This document shows positions 60,011 through 64,000 of a stretch of DNA of 64,000 nt, one piece after another. How positions within the stretch are numbered: the stretch's first letter is position 1; the number at the start of each line of letters is the position of its first letter. The notes under the pieces are model-generated. The model had not been told where the DNA came from, searched no databases, and worked only from the letters and a program-made list of their open reading frames with translations. Source of the DNA: Lama guanicoe. Taxonomy: Eukaryota. The position numbers were made by a program, and so were the translations under genes. Location of the stretch: positions 3,987,824 through 4,051,823 of the forward strand of contig MU054391.1 in NCBI GenBank assembly GCA_013239625.1, in the 5' to 3' direction.

Positions 60011-63000
60011 TAGACCCCAAATAAATACTTTATATATTCCATTTATTTTTTAAGACCAGGACCTCTAATTCTATGTCCTTGAAAAAGCATTCGTCACTGA
60101 TGCTCCCACCCTCTGAATGCTGGTGAGGCCAGCTCCTGGCTCCCCACTGCACGCTGTGTTTTGCTGATAGTTTATCATTTCTCTTGTTGGGTTTCTCCAA
60201 AATGCTGTGCAAATTACTTAACAGCAGATACCAGGACTTTTAAATCTTTGTGTTTATATTTAGCATGTCAACTTCTACATAGTGGATACTCAGCAATTAA
60301 TATTGATTATGATTTAAAAAGTATTTTTAAAAAGTACTTGGTGTGTATATAGTCTTTCAAAGTTTATAAATCACTTTCATATGCGTTATTTCATTGAATA
60401 GCTCTGTGAGATAAATATAGCAGAAATTAATGTGTTATTTTCAAGGTGATTTATTGAAGAATGGTTTCGTAGCAAAATACGATGTAGAGCTGTGTTGTCA
60501 AACGTGCTACGTGTAAGGAAAATGCAGAAAATAAGTTCTGTTTAAATCATACCTGTCCCGGATTCTCCATTCTACTATTACTAGGACTTCGGTTGTTACT
60601 TACAAAGTCCCCACAGTTGTATCGACTTTGCACAAAATGTTGGTACTTCTGTATTTAAGGAAACAGCCTCTGGGGAGGGATGCTTAAATGGACCCAGCGA
60701 GGAAGCAGCACAGACTAAATGTCTCTCATTTGTGAATGTGTTTCCTCAGCTTTGTTACCCGCTAGACTTATTTTAAAGTGAAAATATTGAAGACACCTTC
60801 CTGGAGTCAGCTTTCAATCACACTTGTGGTCTCTCTGTCAACATCAAAATCCGAAGTGTAAGATGAGACAGGGTGATGGCCCTATCTGGGGTCACAAGTC
60901 TGGCTCTTTTGGGAGAGAAGAGGGCATGGTTTCAGAGTCCCACCTGTTGACAGTTTATACAGTGAAGACAGGGAGTTCCCCTAAGGAAGTGAAGAAATGA
61001 AGTAATTTACTCAAGGGTGAAGGCAGCATCTTATGAGGGAAGTGATTCCTTGAAGGAAAAAGTTAAAAGCAGGACTGTTATGAAAAGGCATGGGATACAC
61101 TACACTGGGTTCACGTTTTAAGCATGAAGAAAAAAATCCGCTTTGTAGAGCTGAGAGATGGACAAGAAAGGACGTTTATTACAGCTACTAAGACTGGGAG
61201 ACTATCAGGTCTGCTCAGCGATCTTACACGGGCATGCTGCTATGCTTGGAAGGCAGTCTGCAGTCCAGGGGAAAGGCACTGACTTACTTTTCCCTTAAGA
61301 GATGCTAGCCAAGACCCTTTGCTCACATTTTCAAATTTCTCGTATTTTTCCTTCTAATTTTGTTTACTGTCAGGATCAAACATGAAGAGTGGTGTGCAGT
61401 GACCTGGCCAGAGGCAAGAAACTGCTTCAGGGAGCCTGCAGCTTAAAGAGCAGGTGCCTCCTGGCTGTGGAAATCCATCACCTAGTTAATAACTAAACTT
61501 AATTTCAAAAGCTGTGTCTGGGGCAAGGGAGGGGTAACCCCACGTGGAATTTCTGCATTGCTGTCAGGGAGAGGGCTCTGGGACAGGAGCCACTGATGTG
61601 CAGGGAGGATTTCCGATCTGGAAGCCCTAATTTGGCCATAAAATCATTGTATGACTTAGGTATGTCCTTTACTCTTCTTAACTCAAAAAGATTTGGATTA
61701 GGTAAAAATCCAAAGGGCTCTTTTCTTTGACTTACGTTGCACAGTAATATACATATTTACATCTTGACCACTTTATTGCGAATTCTTCACTTCACACATT
61801 TTAGACCCCAAATGTCCCCCAAATCTTTTTTCACTCATCAAGTACAGTTAATAGAATTGCCTGCCTCCAGAAAACTGGAGAGAGTCAAGCACAGCTTTCA
61901 AACTGATTGAACTCCAATCCATTTTCTAAAGCAACCTTTAATGTCTATATAAAGTGTGCTGGACATTGAGTTGCCCTCTGGTAAAAGAACTTATCTTTAC
62001 TCCCGTAAGGAAATGTCAAGGATAAACATACACAAAGTTCACTGGGAAAATCATTTTGACTACCTGATGTTAACTGGGGCAGTGTTAGTGATGGATGGTC
62101 AAATAGAGAGAAAGCTATAGAAAAGTTCACTGATGTTGTAACCTTGAATTTATTATTTCCCTGAAAGACCTCTGCTTTGGAGTGGCATGCCCCCTCCAGC
62201 AAACACACTCCAGGTTCAGGGAGGTTCTTGTAACGATCTATGGATGCTGTAACTAACGGCTAGTCTGCACCTAGTACAGAAATGAATATTTGCTCCCAAA
62301 TTGTTCAGCTCCGTTTCCCAGGGACGACGAATGTTGTCTTTGAATTATATCACAGTTTGTGCCAAATCGTTATTTAAGAAATTAAACTGGCTGCCAATGA
62401 CACATAAATAATGTCACATGATTTAATTTACAGGGACAACTTGAGGAACTTAAAGAATCTCTCGCTGCTCTGACCTGCGCAGACGTCTCCTCTGGTGTGG
62501 CTGAGCCAGGCTGTCAGCTGAGAGTGGGCGAAGCTACAAGGTGGGAAGGACCATATGCTACAGACGGTTACAGATGGAAGCGAGGAAGCTCCAGTCAGGT
62601 CACACCCGGAGGGGGCACAGGAGCAGGGCTGGAACCTCAGAGAAAATGTTTAAGGATGGGACAGATTGAACCGCACGATGCGTTCTGTGTCACAGCGTGT
62701 TGGATTGCGTGTGACCACTGTCCTTGGAAGAGAAGTGCCCGTGGCTTGCTGCACTTGCAGTCGACCGTATGGTGCGTTTGCTTCAAACTACAGTAGACCA
62801 ACTAATGTAGACAACGGTAAATCATCTCCCCTTTTTAAAAGACATTTTTGTACAAACATCTTCCTTTCTTTCTGTAAGCTTTCCTGGACTTGCTGCACGT
62901 GGGCTGCAAAATTGACTTTTGCTTCCTTGAAACTAACAGAGAGAGAGGAAAAAAGAACAATCGTACAATTTTCAGACCCATAGAAATAAATTAAGCAAAA

Positions 63001-63196
63001 TGTGCTCTTTTTTCCTACCCAGGAGAAGCAAGTCTGTATACAGAACGAAAACGGTGAAAAGGACACCGCGTGAGAGTGTGTAATAGTTTCAACAACTGTC
63101 TTCAGGAAAATGCAACGTGACTTTCAAAGGCCTGCCCTCCGTGACATTCTGCCCCTCTCTGCTTGCTCCCTAAAGAATTTCTGATGCCGCGCAGGA

Positions 63197-63207
63197 GTGA
63201 GTCAGCA
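63197..63207. promoter_or_regulatory. NF-E2/MARE-type element GTGAGTCAGCA within a unique, CpG-retaining region
   Basis: Exact RTGASTCAGCA match; function untested. Confidence 0.3.
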
Positions 63208-63398
63208 TGTTTGTGTAAAACAGCACAGGAAACACGACCCTCCCTGGGTTGTGGGGTGACTCTGAGTTGCTGGAGTCAAGAAGAATCTCTCATTGTTTCC
63301 TCATTTAACAGCCATGAAACATAGCCAAGTTGTTAACCTAACTGATTCCCATAGAACGTACATGGACATTTCTGGGGGATGACAATGCATGTGGAAAT

Positions 63399-63437
63399 AC
63401 ACACGCACACACGCACACGCACATTCACACGCACACA
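63399..63437. repeat. (CA/CG)n alternating purine-pyrimidine microsatellite
   Basis: ACACACGCACACACGCACACGCACATTCACACGCACACA. Confidence 0.8.
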
Positions 63438-64000
63438 GAGCTTGTTTGTGAATTACAGCACATTATTATACGGGCTACCGACACTGAAGACGGCAGACGC
63501 CCTCCCCAGGGCAGGCCTCGGCTCCCGGGAGGCAGTCATGTTATAAGCGGCCCTCCGGCAGCCTCTCCTCACACTTGCCCACACCAAGCGCATCTGCCAC
63601 TTCCCGCCCACTCCGCCAGCCCGAGGAATCTTTTTGCTGCCGTCTCTGCCTGTCAGCTTGACGTCTTTCTGTTCAATAGCATTTTTAGCATTGTCTGCAA
63701 ACTTGGAAATGACACGGCACACCCCCTCTTCCGGATTAATAAGTAAAAGAAGAAATAAGACTCATCCTGACAAGTATTTGGTAAAACATTCATTTACTCT
63801 TCAATATTCTTAAAGGAGCTGGTTTTTAATGTTCATGGTGGAGGTTCATTTTTTTTAGCAGTCTCTTGATCATTGAGATTTGAGTAATTTTAGATTTAGA
63901 TGTTTGTTAAGATACTTGCAAAGGAAAAATAAAATCACAGAGTGACAAAATATTGGGTCTGTAAATGTTATAGGAGACTTTTAGATGAACACAGGCCTCT

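Noticed and set aside
1..64000. Protein-coding genes or a novel multi-gene system in the ORF track
   Set aside because: All ORFs are 174 aa or shorter, overlap on all frames, show no recognisable domain except L1 ORF2 remnants, and form no consistent exon chain. Small spliced exons cannot be excluded without alignment or RNA-seq.

Overview
Mammalian non-coding genomic DNA, almost certainly camelid (alpaca/llama/camel): it carries two tRNA-Ala-derived SINEs of the camelid Vic-1 type and camelid/artiodactyl-type L1 3' ends. I find no supportable protein-coding exon, functional RNA gene, CRISPR array or prokaryotic system. The six-frame ORFs are short chance ORFs, simple-repeat read-throughs or decayed L1 ORF2 fragments. 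The window is a patchwork of interspersed repeats (L1, L2, MIR, MLT1, MER21C, ERV1- and ERV2-type solo LTRs, hAT MER elements), microsatellites, one 228-N assembly gap, and unique stretches with transcription-factor motif clusters that look like intronic or gene-desert enhancers. Best observations: (1) an inverted duplication of about 160-190 bp that I cannot assign to a repeat family, with copies about 13.8 kb apart (5978-6168 and 19989-20146); (2) a clean ERV2-type solo LTR with a perfect 6-bp TSD; (3) a tandem RFX X-box enhancer candidate; (4) an N-gap that is probably an assembly artefact. I see no convincing novel biological system. All family names come from recalled consensus sequences, not a database search, and old-repeat boundaries are approximate.
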